Shown piece by piece: positions 1 through 10,133 of a stretch of DNA of 64,000 nucleotides. Position 1 is the stretch's first letter, and every line of letters begins with the position of its first letter. The stretch is taken from assembly GCA_018817165.1 (NCBI GenBank), contig JAHITY010000099.1, positions 391 to 64,390 of the forward strand, written 5' to 3'. The stretch comes from Candidatus Omnitrophota bacterium (GTDB lineage Bacteria; Omnitrophota; Gorgyraeia; B26-G9). Both the position numbers and the translations under genes were made by a program. The notes under the pieces are model-generated. The model had not been told where the DNA came from and made no database searches. It saw only the letters and a program-made list of their open reading frames with translations.

Positions 1-2
1 GC

Positions 3-512
3 AGATGGTCTTATTCAAGCAGATGGACGGTTGAGGAATGCAAGACGATCACAACGAAATTCCTTAACGAGCATAAGTATTTTAACGGTAGTGTCCGCTG
101 GGGCGGGATGAGCTGGAGCCGTAACGGTGAAAAGACAGGAAGTATTGGCTTTGTGGTTTCTACGGTCGAGGGTGACGAATGTATTCGTTTCCAATACACG
201 CAGATAAACAGGAATACTGGCGAAAAGACCGAGCTTGATTATAAGATAAGGCTTGACTGGACGCCCTGTTATTTCGGGGGTCGACGGTGGTGGTTTATCT
301 GTCCTCTGGTGATCAATGGTCGGGTATGCAGTCGTCGGATAGGGTCGCTTCACTTAGATAATAGTAAATATTTTGGGTGCAGGCGTTGTTATAATCTCAC
401 CTATCAAAGCTCAAAAGAAAGCCATCGGTTTGATCGCCTCTACCGAGATTTAGGAAGAAATGTGGGAATAACCCCAAAACAAGTGAAAGATTCATTAAAA
501 GGAGGTTTTTGA
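3..512 (+). CDS. Hypothetical Cys-rich protein of integrated elements; 5' end is probably just outside the window
   Basis: Frame is open from position 3 (RWSYSSRWTVEECKTITT...). Motifs GGRRWWFICP and FGCRRCYNLTYQS are of a type I associate with mobile-element proteins. Confidence 0.7.
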   Translation, partial: RWSYSSRWTVEECKTITTKFLNEHKYFNGSVRWGGMSWSRNGEKTGSIGFVVSTVEGDECIRFQYTQINRNTGEKTELDYKIRLDWTPCYFGGRRWWFICPLVINGRVCSRRIGSLHLDNSKYFGCRRCYNLTYQSSKESHRFDRLYRDLGRNVGITPKQVKDSLKGGF

Positions 513-513
513 T

Positions 514-1434
514 ATGGCAACGGAGAAACAGATTGAAGCTAATAAAAAGAATGCGTTAATGTCAAAAGGAGCGGTGACAGACGCAGGCAAAGCCATTGTC
601 GCTCATAATGCTGTTAAGCACGGCGTATTTGCTCAAGACTTGATTATTTCAAGCGGTGATGGCAGAGAGAATGAGGATGAATATATTGAATTGCTGTATA
701 ACCTCACAAAAAGCCTTAATCCTTCAGGGCAGATGGAATATTTACTTGTTGAAAAGATCGCCGTTGACTTCTGGCGTTTACGCCGGGTATTACGCTTTGA
801 GACCGGGAGCATTCGCAAATATCTCGATATGGTGATTTATGATTATTACAATAAAGAAGATGGGTTAGGCAATAAAAAAATTAAAACTAATAGCGAGCTT
901 GAAGAAGAAATAAAAGAAAAACAGGAATCTTTAGACTGGAATAACGCATATATTAAAGCCCTAAAGAAAGGTGTTGTTATCTTTGACAATCCCACATGGG
1001 AAAACGAAGTCTTAGAGAGCGATATTGTTGACGATCTTTACGATGTTATTCGGGTGAATAAATACAGTATTTTGCAAGGTGAAGAATTGACCCAGTTTGA
1101 AGAAGGAGAGTTTGAGCATGATCAATTACGCTCGATTTTGAAGCGTGCCGAATATACAGACAAAGACATTGCTGATATTCTTATCATAGAATATCAGAAA
1201 CAAAACGAAGGCTACAAAAAAACTATTCATGACCTTGAACAGAAGAAGCAGAAGAACAGGATTGCTGAGGAAGTCAATATAAAGATTTGCTCTCTCCCCT
1301 CTGGTGATAACGCCGAAAAGGTTATGCGGTATGAGAAGTGTATTCAGAAGTCAATCTTTCAAAACCTTGCTATATTGAAAAAGCTCCAATCCCTGCCGGA
1401 TAACGCCCAGGATCGGGAAGATGAGGTTGATTAA
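514..1434 (+). CDS. Hypothetical protein (ATEKQIEANKKNA...NAVKHG family, mobile-element associated)
   Basis: 306-aa ORF with GGAGG RBS, directly after the previous ORF. Confidence 0.65.
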   Translation: MATEKQIEANKKNALMSKGAVTDAGKAIVAHNAVKHGVFAQDLIISSGDGRENEDEYIELLYNLTKSLNPSGQMEYLLVEKIAVDFWRLRRVLRFETGSIRKYLDMVIYDYYNKEDGLGNKKIKTNSELEEEIKEKQESLDWNNAYIKALKKGVVIFDNPTWENEVLESDIVDDLYDVIRVNKYSILQGEELTQFEEGEFEHDQLRSILKRAEYTDKDIADILIIEYQKQNEGYKKTIHDLEQKKQKNRIAEEVNIKICSLPSGDNAEKVMRYEKCIQKSIFQNLAILKKLQSLPDNAQDREDEVD

Positions 1435-1620
1435 ATGGGTTTGTTTTGTTAAAAAATTCAATGATTGACTTGATGGGAGTAGTGAAATACAATGGAATGA
1501 ATGGAATATAGATTAAAATTACCTAACGAGATGTAGAAAAGTAATTAAATTTATAAGATAATAGAAAATTGATTTTTGTTGAAGTTTTGGGATGTTAGGT
1601 ATATAAACATGGTAATATAT

Positions 1621-1708
1621 AGTCCCGAGTTTGAAGGAATAAATCCCGGACGTTAAAAAAGCAAAACCTTCGTTCAGTTTGAATAACTGGTCGAAGGTTT
1701 TTTATTTC
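1621..1708 (+). promoter_or_regulatory. Conserved leader motif plus terminator-like hairpin (copy 1)
   Basis: AGTCCCGAG..GAAGGAATAAATCCCGGAC..AAAACCTTCG..CGAAGGTTTTTT; near-identical copy at 38102. Confidence 0.55.
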
Positions 1709-1786
1709 GTATAGATTTCTCTGCGTGAAATTGATATAATGCTATAAATAAGGCAATATGGCTTACCCTATCAATTCACAGGAGTT

Positions 1787-1975
1787 GTGAAATATATGAA
1801 AACAAAGAATAAAAATATGCATAAGACCACGATTGAGCTTACTGAGGAACAGTATTTTTTCTTAAAGGAACGTGCTCTTACTTTACAACGTCAGAGGAAA
1901 AATTACTCCATTATTTCTATAATTAGAAATCTTATCGATGACGACCGAAAGAAATGGGATGCAAAGGGAAAATAA
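1787..1975 (+). CDS. Small putative DNA-binding (RHH-like) regulator upstream of the R-M genes
   Basis: KTTIELTEEQYFFLK...SIIRNLID pattern; ends 3 nt before the methylase. Confidence 0.5.
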   Translation: MKYMKTKNKNMHKTTIELTEEQYFFLKERALTLQRQRKNYSIISIIRNLIDDDRKKWDAKGK

Positions 1976-1978
1976 ATA

Positions 1979-3037
1979 ATGGCTAAAAAAACAAGACTCA
2001 ACGTTCTGGACTTATTCTGCGGAGCTGGAGGATTTTCCGAAGGATTCAGGCAGTCGGGATACAACATACTGTCGGGAATTGATAATGATAAAAATACACT
2101 TGATACTTTTGCCAGGAATTTCCCTAAAGCGGTAGCGATCCAAAAAGATTTATCTGAGGATAACTTTTCAGGCATGGATAAGATTATCAATGAGCAGATT
2201 GATGTTATTATTGGTGGCCCTCCATGTCAGGGATTTTCAGTAGCAGGGAAAAGATTGAAAGATGACCCCAGAAATATTTTGTATAAAGCATACTTGAATC
2301 TTATCAAACATTTTAATCCAAAAGCGGTTGTTATTGAGAATGTCCCGACAATTTTAGGGCTTTATGGCGGTGAAATTGGAAGGCAGATTGTCGAGGATCT
2401 CGAACAGCTAAAATATAAAGTTAAAGTTCACAAAGTGATTACTTCAGATTACGGCATCCCTCAAACGAGAAGGAGAGTTTTTTTTGTGGGATTGCATTCT
2501 AAAAAAGATTTTTGTTTCCCGGAGGGGAGATATATTAAATCTCCGGTTACATCGGCAATGGCTATTTCAGATTTGCCGTTGCTGAATGGCTTTCTTGGAG
2601 AGTTACAGCAAGAATATCCTTCAAAACCCAAGAATGAATATCAAGCCTCGATGAGAAAAAAATCCCGATATTTATGGAACCATCAAGCAGTCGAACATAA
2701 GCAAAGAACGATTGATATAGTTAAGATGGTTCCAGATGGTGGAAATTATAAGGACTTGCCGGAGCATTTATGGGCAACAAGAAAAGTGAATATTGCATGG
2801 ACTAGGATGAATAGTGAAAAACCATGCTTTACAATAGATGCTGGGCATAATCACCATTTCCACTACAAAGCCAATAGAGTTCCTACTGTTCGTGAATGCG
2901 CGAGAATTCAATCATTTCCGGATAGATTTATTTTTTATGGAAACAGAACGAGCCAGTACAGACAGGTGGGCAATGCTGTGCCTCCTATGATTGCTAAAAT
3001 TCTAGCAACTTCTCTAAAAAAGGTAATTAGCTTATGA
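1979..3037 (+). CDS. DNA (cytosine-5) methyltransferase M1
   Basis: Motifs DLFCGAGG, GGPPCQGFS, IENV, QTRRR, RQVGNAV. Confidence 0.95.
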   Translation: MAKKTRLNVLDLFCGAGGFSEGFRQSGYNILSGIDNDKNTLDTFARNFPKAVAIQKDLSEDNFSGMDKIINEQIDVIIGGPPCQGFSVAGKRLKDDPRNILYKAYLNLIKHFNPKAVVIENVPTILGLYGGEIGRQIVEDLEQLKYKVKVHKVITSDYGIPQTRRRVFFVGLHSKKDFCFPEGRYIKSPVTSAMAISDLPLLNGFLGELQQEYPSKPKNEYQASMRKKSRYLWNHQAVEHKQRTIDIVKMVPDGGNYKDLPEHLWATRKVNIAWTRMNSEKPCFTIDAGHNHHFHYKANRVPTVRECARIQSFPDRFIFYGNRTSQYRQVGNAVPPMIAKILATSLKKVISL

Positions 3038-4440
3038 GTATAGTGTTTAATCCCGAAAAACAGTATCGATGTACAATTATCAGAGGTAAAGCTCAAAATG
3101 AGATTGATGACCTCTTGCCTGCGTATGCGAAAGTTATAACTGACATATGCCCATGCGAAAAAAGTATTTTTATTGAACTTTTCGATAAGGCGATAGTTAA
3201 ATATCTTTATTCCCCCACTCAAAAAACTATAGCAAATCATAGAACGGAGATTGCCGGAAAGCTTTTCGGTATGTGGTGGGAAGATGAGAATGGTGTTGTT
3301 TACGCCTCTGAGAGGACAGTAAGATTGATGGAGAGTCAGGATAATCCAGAATTCTTTAAAGATGTAATAACTAAAATGCAATTCCCAAATGGTATGGATA
3401 AAATTCAAACAACTCTTGATAGAATAAAACACTCTATTAATATCAGACCTGTTTCCTATATTCTGAAAGTGTTGCTATTGTCCGAAGAACAGGGATTCGC
3501 ATTAACGAAAGATGAGATCGCTTACTATATTCTGAATAGTTTGGAAGTTCTGCAAGGTAAAGTTTCTCCTGAATTAGCAGTGAGCAAAATTATCGATAGG
3601 AGGAAACGAAAAATATTTAAAAGAGTGGAATATCCAGGCAAACAAGGTTCTTATTGCATGCAACATATTACAGAGCTTCTAAATATTATAGAGTTGGCGA
3701 ACCTTATACGTCATGAGCGCACAAAAAAAGCTATTATTGTAAGGCTGAATAGGAGAGAACTTTCTGTAATTAGCTATTTTGCAGAAAGTGCGATGGATGT
3801 CCCGGATTTCAATGTGTATTCCTATAACCTAGACGATTCCGAACAGCGTAAAAAACTTTCATATGATTGGATTAAGTACTATGCATCTTCTGATGATAAG
3901 GCTTCAATGTTTGCTACTTCAGTAGAAAGTCTTACTAAGGCTGAGGAAAAAGAAGAGCCTTGGCACATACCTGGCCCACTTGGTATTGATACTACTGTTA
4001 TAGGCGAAGAAGGAGAAAGAATTGTTTTTGAACGAGAAAAAGGGAGAGTTCGTTTGTTTAATGAGCGACTTGTAAATAAGGTTATTTATTTTGGTAAACA
4101 GAGAGGCCTTGGTTACGATATTAGTTCTATAAGAGCAGTCCTCGGGCCTTCAGCTGAGCATGCGATATATATTGAAGTGAAAAGTACAAAAAGAGTAACG
4201 AGACCAAGTAATCCATTGAAAGATCAATTTGATTTGACTCGGAATGAATGGGTTGCCGCTGAGCAACATAAAGATAATTACTTTGTGTATAGGGTATATA
4301 TAACTAATGATGGAATTTTTGTATTCATTATGAATGATCCTGTTGCTCTAAGAGATACAGGTGTTATATATGCAGAACCATTAAAATATCATGTTGAATT
4401 TGATGAAAAGGCTGGAAGGTTACAAGAATGGAAAAATTGA
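3034..4440 (+). CDS. Putative restriction endonuclease with C-terminal DUF3883 PD-(D/E)xK domain
   Basis: GEEGE...GYDISS...IEVKST...LTRNEW; overlaps both methylase genes. Confidence 0.8.
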   Translation: MSIVFNPEKQYRCTIIRGKAQNEIDDLLPAYAKVITDICPCEKSIFIELFDKAIVKYLYSPTQKTIANHRTEIAGKLFGMWWEDENGVVYASERTVRLMESQDNPEFFKDVITKMQFPNGMDKIQTTLDRIKHSINIRPVSYILKVLLLSEEQGFALTKDEIAYYILNSLEVLQGKVSPELAVSKIIDRRKRKIFKRVEYPGKQGSYCMQHITELLNIIELANLIRHERTKKAIIVRLNRRELSVISYFAESAMDVPDFNVYSYNLDDSEQRKKLSYDWIKYYASSDDKASMFATSVESLTKAEEKEEPWHIPGPLGIDTTVIGEEGERIVFEREKGRVRLFNERLVNKVIYFGKQRGLGYDISSIRAVLGPSAEHAIYIEVKSTKRVTRPSNPLKDQFDLTRNEWVAAEQHKDNYFVYRVYITNDGIFVFIMNDPVALRDTGVIYAEPLKYHVEFDEKAGRLQEWKN

Positions 4441-5399
4441 AAGCTATTTCACTGTTTTGCGGTTGTGGAGGGGCTGATCTTGGACTTACCGGAGGTTTTA
4501 CCTATTTGGGGAAGTGGTACCCTTCAACCGGAATAAATGTTATTCATTCTTCTGACATTGATGCAAAAGCAGTAAAGACTTATAACTCAAACTTTAAACA
4601 TGAAGCCCATACCGCAGATGTTCACGATCTTGTTTTTAAACGCTATTCTGCTGATATTGTAATGGGTGGATTTCCATGCCAGTCTTTTTCAACCGTTAAT
4701 CCTACCAAGAGGCCGGAAGATAAAAAGAATCAGCTGTTCTGGCAACTGGCCAGAGTTGTTGAACAGGTTTATCCCAAAGTTTTCATAGGTGAAAATGTAA
4801 AAGGGTTTTATACCCTGAAGAATGGGTTTTATTTTCATCTTGCAAAAGAAGAATTTGAACGGATTGGTTACAGGGTGTATCACCGTCTTGTAAACGCAAG
4901 CGATTTTGGAGTACCACAAAAAAGAGAACGTCTTATTATTATTGGTGTTAGGAAATCGGTTAAAAACAATTTTAGTTTTCCGGATCCATCACACGGAAAT
5001 GGTAAATATTCTAAAGCAGTTTTAAAACAGGTTATAGATAGTCTGGAGCCAGAAAATCCAAAATATTATTTTTCAAAAAGAGCTGTAGAAGGGGTAAAAA
5101 AAGCAAAACCCAATATGAAAAGAGCTTTAGCTCAGAATTTAGATGATCAGTGCCTGACTATTACAAGTCATCTTGCGAAGGTCAGTTTGAATTCAAGAGA
5201 TCCTGTTCTGCTTGTTGATAGAGAAAAGGAACTCTATAGGAGATTCACTCCGAGAGAAGCGGCTCGGATTCAATCGTTTCCTGATAATTTTATGTTTGAC
5301 GGAAGCGAAGGAGACGCATACAGGCAAATAGGCAATGCTGTACCTCCGGTTATGATGTGGCATCAGGCACGAGCATTAGTAAGGCAGATTTTTAAGTGA
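4428..5399 (+). CDS. DNA (cytosine-5) methyltransferase M2
   Basis: SLFCGCGG, GGFPCQSFS, GENV, QKRER, RQIGNAV. Confidence 0.95.
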   Translation: MEKLKAISLFCGCGGADLGLTGGFTYLGKWYPSTGINVIHSSDIDAKAVKTYNSNFKHEAHTADVHDLVFKRYSADIVMGGFPCQSFSTVNPTKRPEDKKNQLFWQLARVVEQVYPKVFIGENVKGFYTLKNGFYFHLAKEEFERIGYRVYHRLVNASDFGVPQKRERLIIIGVRKSVKNNFSFPDPSHGNGKYSKAVLKQVIDSLEPENPKYYFSKRAVEGVKKAKPNMKRALAQNLDDQCLTITSHLAKVSLNSRDPVLLVDREKELYRRFTPREAARIQSFPDNFMFDGSEGDAYRQIGNAVPPVMMWHQARALVRQIFK

Positions 5400-5419
5400 C
5401 AGCATGTATGGTAAAGGAC

Positions 5420-5622
5420 AAAAAATACTTAGAAGGCAAGAGTCCGCATAGGGACAAAAAATTTGGAATTTTGCGAAGACTATGTTGCCGGTAAAAGATG
5501 TAAAAAAATATAACTGGGGATTACTTGATTTTGGAGCACTTGTGTGTACTGAAAGAAGCCCGAAATGCAGAGAATGTGTGTTAAGAAGGAAATGTAAATA
5601 CTGGAATAAGAATCGCAGGTAA
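5420..5622 (+). pseudogene. 3' remnant of an HhH-GPD Fe-S DNA glycosylase (MutY/Mig/EndoIII-like)
   Basis: Manual translation WNFAKTMLPVKDVKKYNWGLLDFGALVCTERSPKCRECVLRRKCKY contains C-x6-C-x2-C-x5-C; frameshift near 5460; no N-terminus. Confidence 0.8.
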
Positions 5623-5806
5623 AGACCATAGCAAGCAGAAGCTATTCGGTGGGATCATTATTCAGGTAAATGGTGAATGGCGTATCAATCAGCAAGAGTC
5701 TTACGATTGGGAAAAAACTTTGCGTAATGACTGGAGCGATTGGGAGTCCTTAAAGTTATAAAACGAAGAAGGTTTCGAGGAGTCGTATTTTAAGGAGGCA
5801 ATATAA

Positions 5807-6877
5807 ATGAAAATCGTTCTTGATACAAATATTTTACGTCAAGATTTTTTTCTTAAATCCAATAAATTTGAAATGTTAATCGATTTTATTTCTAAAACAG
5901 ATTACCAAGTTGTTTTTCCAGAGGTAGTATATAAAGAGATTGTTGCCCTATACAAAAGAAATCTCTTGGAAAAGCACGCTAATCTTGTCAAGAGCTATAA
6001 TGACTTTAAAAAGGATACGGCTGTTCCAGTTGAGTATAAAATACCAGAATTAGAAATTGATAAACAAGAAAGTGAATTTGTTAATAATATAAAAAATATG
6101 CTCAAGGTTAAAGATGTTGTTCCGTTGAATAATAATCACCTGCCTTATCTTGTAGAAAAAGCCATTAATCGTATCCATCCGTTTACAGAACATAGGTCTG
6201 AATTTAGAGATGCATTAATATGGTTATGTGTCCTTGAGTTAGCAGAATTGGAAAAAGAAAAGACGATATTTTTCATTTCCGCTAATACCAAAGACTTTGC
6301 TGATGGCACAGTTAATTTGCACTCAGAACTCTTGAAAGAATCGAACGCAAAAGGAGTGTCTGTCCAGTATTTCTCATCGGTAGATGCTTTTCTAAAGACT
6401 AAGGCAATAAAGATTGAGTTTATTACTAAAGATTGGATTGAGAGCAACTTAAACCTTAAACAGCTTGAAAATGAAATAGTTTCTAAAATAGAAATGTATG
6501 CTGATCGGTTAGATGAGTTAGCAAAAGATGAAGCCGATAATTTTGAGGAAATATTACAAATTGTTCAATGTGCACAGACTTGGGTGAACGACTTTTATAT
6601 ATATGAGATGTCCGATGGGACGCTTAGGATAGAGGTAACACTTGAGAGCGAGCTTGAGGTTGAATATGCTACGCATGAAGTTAGAAAAGAAAGTTGGGAT
6701 ATGGACTATGTCTTTGATTATTCCACAGGAGACTATGACATGGAACCTGTTTATAAAGAAAAGTTATTAAAAAAAGCTGAATCTAAATGCTTCTGTCCTA
6801 TTGCAGTGATTGAAATTCATGTTATTGTAGAAAATAGTAAAATTAAGTCTGTTGAATTGGTTGACTGTCATATTTGA
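5807..6877 (+). CDS. PIN-domain protein (DUF4935-like)
   Basis: IVLDTN, FRDALIW, ISANTKDF. Confidence 0.8.
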   Translation: MKIVLDTNILRQDFFLKSNKFEMLIDFISKTDYQVVFPEVVYKEIVALYKRNLLEKHANLVKSYNDFKKDTAVPVEYKIPELEIDKQESEFVNNIKNMLKVKDVVPLNNNHLPYLVEKAINRIHPFTEHRSEFRDALIWLCVLELAELEKEKTIFFISANTKDFADGTVNLHSELLKESNAKGVSVQYFSSVDAFLKTKAIKIEFITKDWIESNLNLKQLENEIVSKIEMYADRLDELAKDEADNFEEILQIVQCAQTWVNDFYIYEMSDGTLRIEVTLESELEVEYATHEVRKESWDMDYVFDYSTGDYDMEPVYKEKLLKKAESKCFCPIAVIEIHVIVENSKIKSVELVDCHI

Positions 6878-7245
6878 TACTGCTTAAAACCTTTTGAATA
6901 ATCCTTCCTTGTCCTTCACTTGATAATTTTACAAGTGACCGCAATTTCCGCTCAGTGATATATCGTTTTGGCATGGGATCGCCCATTTTCTCGATTGTTT
7001 CTTTAACTTCTGGGGCAAGTTTTAACAAAGCGATGAAGTGGTTAACAGTTACTCGGGAAACGCCGATTTGTCGGGCAAGGTCAGACTCATTTCGGGCTTG
7101 ACCGGATTCAATCATGAGTTTGTATTGTTTAGCTAAGTATATGGGATTGCGATAATTATGTTGGGGTTTAATTTTTAAAGTAGTTTTTGTCTCAAGAATA
7201 ATCGTAAAGGAAAAAGTTCTACGCTCCAGCCACTTCGGGGAGCCA
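6843..7245 (-). pseudogene. ParB/KorB-like HTH reading frame running out of an att scar (probable detached integrase C-terminus)
   Basis: GSPKWLERRTF...NESDLARQIGVSRVTVNHFIALLKL; the GSP codons are the antisense of CGGGGAGCCA. Confidence 0.6.
7236..7245 (+). mobile_element. att-like tRNA 3'-end scar CGGGGAGCCA
   Basis: Exact repeat at 10531 and 13475; tRNA-Asn-type acceptor end plus CCA. Confidence 0.7.
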
Positions 7246-7408
7246 AATATTACACTGAGCGAACTCTTGGTTAACACCGGGTTCGCTCTTTGTGTTTCTA
7301 TACAAAAAATTTCCTACCCTACAAATATTTCCATTGACATATTGCAAAAGTGTGTTAATTTATACATGTAAGATAAATATCTGAAAATACTCTCAGGAGG
7401 TATCTACG

Positions 7409-8200
7409 ATGAATAAAGATACAATAAGCCGTTTAGGGCCTATTGAGGCACAAATAATAGCGCGATTGACGTATGAAGCAAAAACTATTGTTTCAGCAGA
7501 AGAATTAGATACTCTCTTTAAACTCTCCGCTGTAGACCGCGCCAAGGTTGTTTCGCGGCTCAAGAAGAAAAATAGATTAGTTCCTATTAAGAGAGGACTT
7601 TATATTTTTTCCCCCCTTGAAACAGGTCCTTCAGGAAGGGGTATTGATGAGATGTTGATCCCGCCTTTATATTTACCCAAGAATAATTACTATATCGGGT
7701 ATTCGACAATGTTTAATTATTATGGATTTAGTGAACAGATATTCCAAACACTGTATGTTTTGAACACATCATTCAATAAAAAGAAGATTATTTGTGGTAT
7801 TTCATTTAAGTTTTTGAAGATTCCAGAAAATAGAATGTATGGCATAAAAAAAATAGAAGTAAAGGGGCGCGACATTATGGTCAGCGACAAGGAGAGAACG
7901 CTTATTGATTTATTGTACTTTAATAAACCAGTTGGGGGCATCTCTGTTGCGGCAGAGATTTTTATGGGAATTGTTCAGAAAAAACAATGTGATTTAAAGA
8001 AACTAATCAGCTATGCGAGCAAATTTCCGAATGTAACTATTAGAAAGAGGATAGGAGTTTTATTGGAAACTACGGGCATAAGTGAATTGGATTTAAATCC
8101 TTTGAACAAGTCTATTAAAAATACGGCAATTAGTTCTTTGGGGGAAACACGAAAAGGAAAAATAAATAAGAAATGGAGAGTTATTATTAATGCTTCATAA
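7409..8200 (+). CDS. Type IV toxin-antitoxin AbiEi-family antitoxin
   Basis: wHTH (IKRGLY), YYIGYST, SDKERTLIDL; overlaps the downstream NTase toxin gene. Confidence 0.85.
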   Translation: MNKDTISRLGPIEAQIIARLTYEAKTIVSAEELDTLFKLSAVDRAKVVSRLKKKNRLVPIKRGLYIFSPLETGPSGRGIDEMLIPPLYLPKNNYYIGYSTMFNYYGFSEQIFQTLYVLNTSFNKKKIICGISFKFLKIPENRMYGIKKIEVKGRDIMVSDKERTLIDLLYFNKPVGGISVAAEIFMGIVQKKQCDLKKLISYASKFPNVTIRKRIGVLLETTGISELDLNPLNKSIKNTAISSLGETRKGKINKKWRVIINAS

Positions 8201-9068
8201 AGATAAAGAGAAATTTTCTGACATGATTTACCGGGTTGTAAAACAGACGGGTTTCCCCGCGCAGCTTCTTGAAAAGGATTATTATCTGACGTTGATTCTT
8301 TCCAGGATCAATGATTTGTCCGCAGACCTTATTTTTAAGGGCGGAACGTGTCTGAATAAGGTTTATTATGTCTATTATCGATTAAGCGAAGATTTGGACT
8401 TTAGCATGAAACTGCCCGAATATACAACAACCCGCGGTAATCGGCGTAAATGTATTCAGCAGGTAAAGGATAATATTGAGAAATTCGTTGAACAATTCGG
8501 ATTGAAGGTCGACGATAAGGAAAACCCTGGACGTAATGAATCAAAGCAGTATGTTTATAATTTGTTTTATCAGTCCGCGCTGCGGCCACAGGAGATGAGA
8601 ATTAAATTTGAAATTGGCCTCAGGTTTAATCCGATTCTTGAAACTGAAATAAGGGAAGTTAAACACAAATTTTTGCATCCTTTTACTAAAGAACCATTAT
8701 TTGACGGCGGTAAAGTCAATTGTCTATCGTTAGAAGAGATTGTGAGTGAAAAGCTCCGCGCCGCAGCTCTTAGGTTGACTATTGCTCCTAGAGATTTCTA
8801 TGACCTCGATTTTATTATCCGGCAAGGTTTTAACTTAACCGATAAAAAGGTTCTAAATCTATTGGTTAAAAAGATAGAAGAAGACAACGGCGATCCCGAT
8901 CTGGCAAAGTATAAGATAAACCTCGGGCGTTCAGATAAAGAAATCAAAGACATGAAATCACGGATTGAAAATGAGCTGTTTGATGTATTGACAGTCAGAG
9001 AACGGGAAAACTTTGACTTGGATACGGCGTTGGAGAGGATAAATAGCGTTATGGGGGAAGTTGCATAA
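8190..9068 (+). CDS. AbiEii/AbiGii nucleotidyltransferase toxin
   Basis: EKDY, FKGGT, RLSEDLDF, EKLRA, PRDFYD. Confidence 0.9.
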   Translation: MLHKDKEKFSDMIYRVVKQTGFPAQLLEKDYYLTLILSRINDLSADLIFKGGTCLNKVYYVYYRLSEDLDFSMKLPEYTTTRGNRRKCIQQVKDNIEKFVEQFGLKVDDKENPGRNESKQYVYNLFYQSALRPQEMRIKFEIGLRFNPILETEIREVKHKFLHPFTKEPLFDGGKVNCLSLEEIVSEKLRAAALRLTIAPRDFYDLDFIIRQGFNLTDKKVLNLLVKKIEEDNGDPDLAKYKINLGRSDKEIKDMKSRIENELFDVLTVRERENFDLDTALERINSVMGEVA

Positions 9069-9174
9069 ATTTAAAAAATTAATGGTGGCAGTATGACAGG
9101 ATGTCTAGAAAAAAACTAAAATGTCCCTAATGATGTAAGAAATATATTTTGGCAAGTATATTAGAGATTAAAAT

Positions 9175-9383
9175 ATGTGTGATTTGAATAAGTTAGACAA
9201 GATCATTCCCGCAATAAAAAGGGGGAAATGTGTATTTTGGATTGGTTCTGGATTATCTTGTATGATAACAAATTTAAAAACATGGCTAATGAAATATGTA
9301 ATATTTATGAAAAAAACAACGTTCACTTTTTAAGGGCTTTATGGGAAGAGTGGAATAATAAAAAAGAAAAGGAAATTAGTTAA
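9175..9383 (+). pseudogene. Remnant of a SIR2-like gene with internal deletion
   Basis: MCDLNKLDKIIPAIKRGKCVFWIGSGLS resembles the SIR2 hhhhG(A/S)GhS start; frame breaks right after it. Confidence 0.45.
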
Positions 9384-9392
9384 ATAATAGTT

Positions 9393-10133
9393 ATGCTCCC
9401 AATTTACGACTTAAATAAAATCAAATTTGCAATCGATGAAGAGACATTTCAACGCGCGGCTGGATTATATGAAAGTGGGAAAGTGACTGAAGTTGAAGAG
9501 CTTGGTGGAAGTTATACCGCTGTTGTTCTTGGAACAAAGCCATATCGTGTTTCGGTATCTGCTCACAATTTTAAGCATGGACATTGTACTTGTTATCTTG
9601 GTGGGAGGGATAGGATTTGTAAGCACATGGTTGCTCTTGCTCTATATGCGGCGGTGGATGGTCAGCCACTGAAAAATGAAGATAAACAACAGACATCAAA
9701 GATTACATGTAGTGACAATAGGGATATATTAAATAAAGCTAATTTAGCTGCGGTTAAGAAATCGATCACTGATTCAATGCGTTACATTAAACCATACAGA
9801 GGTCCTTCGAATAAATGGTTCGCGAATCAGGATTCACTTCAGGAAGGATGCAATAGATTAAGGGAGATTCTTTATGATTTGCCGGTTAATCGCCAATCGG
9901 CTGATCTTTTGGTTAAATTGCTTTTGCGGTTGGAGAAGAAGCTAAGCGCAGGTGGGGTGGATGATTCTAATGGTATTGTGGGGCAATTAGTTGCTGAAAT
10001 AGTGGCTTTGCTTGAAAAGTTTGCCCAAATTGTTCCGATTTGTATCAGTTCGTTTAAACCGCTCTGTGGAAAAGAATATTGTTTCGGTTGGGAAGATTCT
10101 CTTGTTCGTATTTATGATGAAACAATTTCCTAA
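9393..10133 (+). CDS. SWIM zinc-finger protein
   Basis: CTC...CKH motif; GGVDDSNG. Confidence 0.8.
   Translation: MLPIYDLNKIKFAIDEETFQRAAGLYESGKVTEVEELGGSYTAVVLGTKPYRVSVSAHNFKHGHCTCYLGGRDRICKHMVALALYAAVDGQPLKNEDKQQTSKITCSDNRDILNKANLAAVKKSITDSMRYIKPYRGPSNKWFANQDSLQEGCNRLREILYDLPVNRQSADLLVKLLLRLEKKLSAGGVDDSNGIVGQLVAEIVALLEKFAQIVPICISSFKPLCGKEYCFGWEDSLVRIYDETIS

Noticed and set aside
5640-5762. Possible C-terminal scrap of a type III restriction subunit (LFGGIIIQVNGEW...DW)
   Set aside because: Resemblance is from memory only and too short to support without a search
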